47,797 nt of DNA from an uncultured Candidatus Saccharibacteria bacterium (GTDB lineage Bacteria > Patescibacteriota > Minisyncoccia > RBG-13-40-8-A > JAUWHN01). The position numbers were made by a program, and so were the translations under genes. This document shows positions 47,743 to 47,797 of the stretch, in pieces. Positions within the stretch are counted from its first letter, which is position 1. Every line of letters starts with the position of its first letter. Location: the NCBI GenBank assembly GCA_964426965.1, contig CAYRSI010000001.1, positions 1-47,797 of the forward strand, written 5' to 3'. The notes under the pieces are model-generated. The model worked only from the letters and a program-made list of their open reading frames with translations. It was not told the DNA's origin and did no database searches.

Positions 47743-47797
47743 TACGCCTGGCAGGATTCGAACCTGCGACCTGAGGGTTAGAAACCCTCCGCTCTAT
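47743..47797 (-). tRNA. tRNA-Arg (anticodon UCU), 3' two-thirds (runs off the window end)
   Basis: The reverse complement reads ...GAGGG-TTTCTAA-CCCTC-AGGTC-GCAGG-TTCGAAT-CCTGC-CAGGCGT-A. Confidence 0.85.

Noticed and set aside
45002-47797. A prophage or integrative element at tRNA-Arg.
   Set aside because: No integrase, phage structural genes or conjugation genes are present. Only a Y1 transposase and a very short tRNA-end repeat are seen. This is kept as a low-interest note instead.

Overview
Scope: all calls come from reading the sequence and ORF track by eye. No searches or folding programs were run, and family names are recognised from motifs.

Organism: an AT-rich bacterial chromosome segment that looks like an uncultivated, small-genome lineage. 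Supporting signs are Lys-rich extensions on ribosomal proteins, a split ComEC, a PaaX-like gene and a long NDK. An Omp85-type barrel and a Bat/MoxR operon nevertheless imply an outer membrane.

Layout:
- 1-11.2 kb: minus-strand str/S10/spc ribosomal super-operon (rpsL-rpsG-fusA-tuf-rpsJ-rplC-rplD-rplW-rplB-rpsS-rplV-rpsC-rplP-rpmC-rpsQ-rplN').
- 11.3-13.0 kb: membrane proteins, rpmB, tRNA-Pro(GGG).
- 13.0-20.0 kb: nucleotide-salvage-flavoured block (dut, an AdkA-like/NDT-like fusion, ndk, NDT) with trkHA and a 146-nt rod-shaped sRNA that has its own promoter and terminator.
- 20.1-31.6 kb: split comEC, ftsZ/ftsA, ybeY, yqeY, rpsU, HIT, hisS, lepB, LCP, pth.
- 31.7-44.8 kb: envelope/protease block. 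It holds an MA-peptidase/PD40/Omp85 fusion, an S55 peptidase, a six-gene MoxR-DUF58-BatD-VWA-TPR-VWA operon, and a trypsin-like lipoprotein driven by a duplicated copy of the MoxR promoter module.
- 45-47.8 kb: HhH/FCL glycosylase-like gene, an IS200/RAYT-like Y1 transposase with REP-like hairpins, a DUF4015-like hydrolase, and a partial tRNA-Arg(UCU).

Most unusual signal (non-genic): a superfamily of GC-rich mini-hairpins and short word repeats with three behaviours.
- It fills operon spacers.
- It builds three IVS-like inverted-repeat cassettes. These carry either a four-helix-bundle (23S-IVS protein family) gene or an AbrB-like gene that has replaced it.
- It sits in frame inside essential genes (rplC, rplW, rpsJ, LCP).
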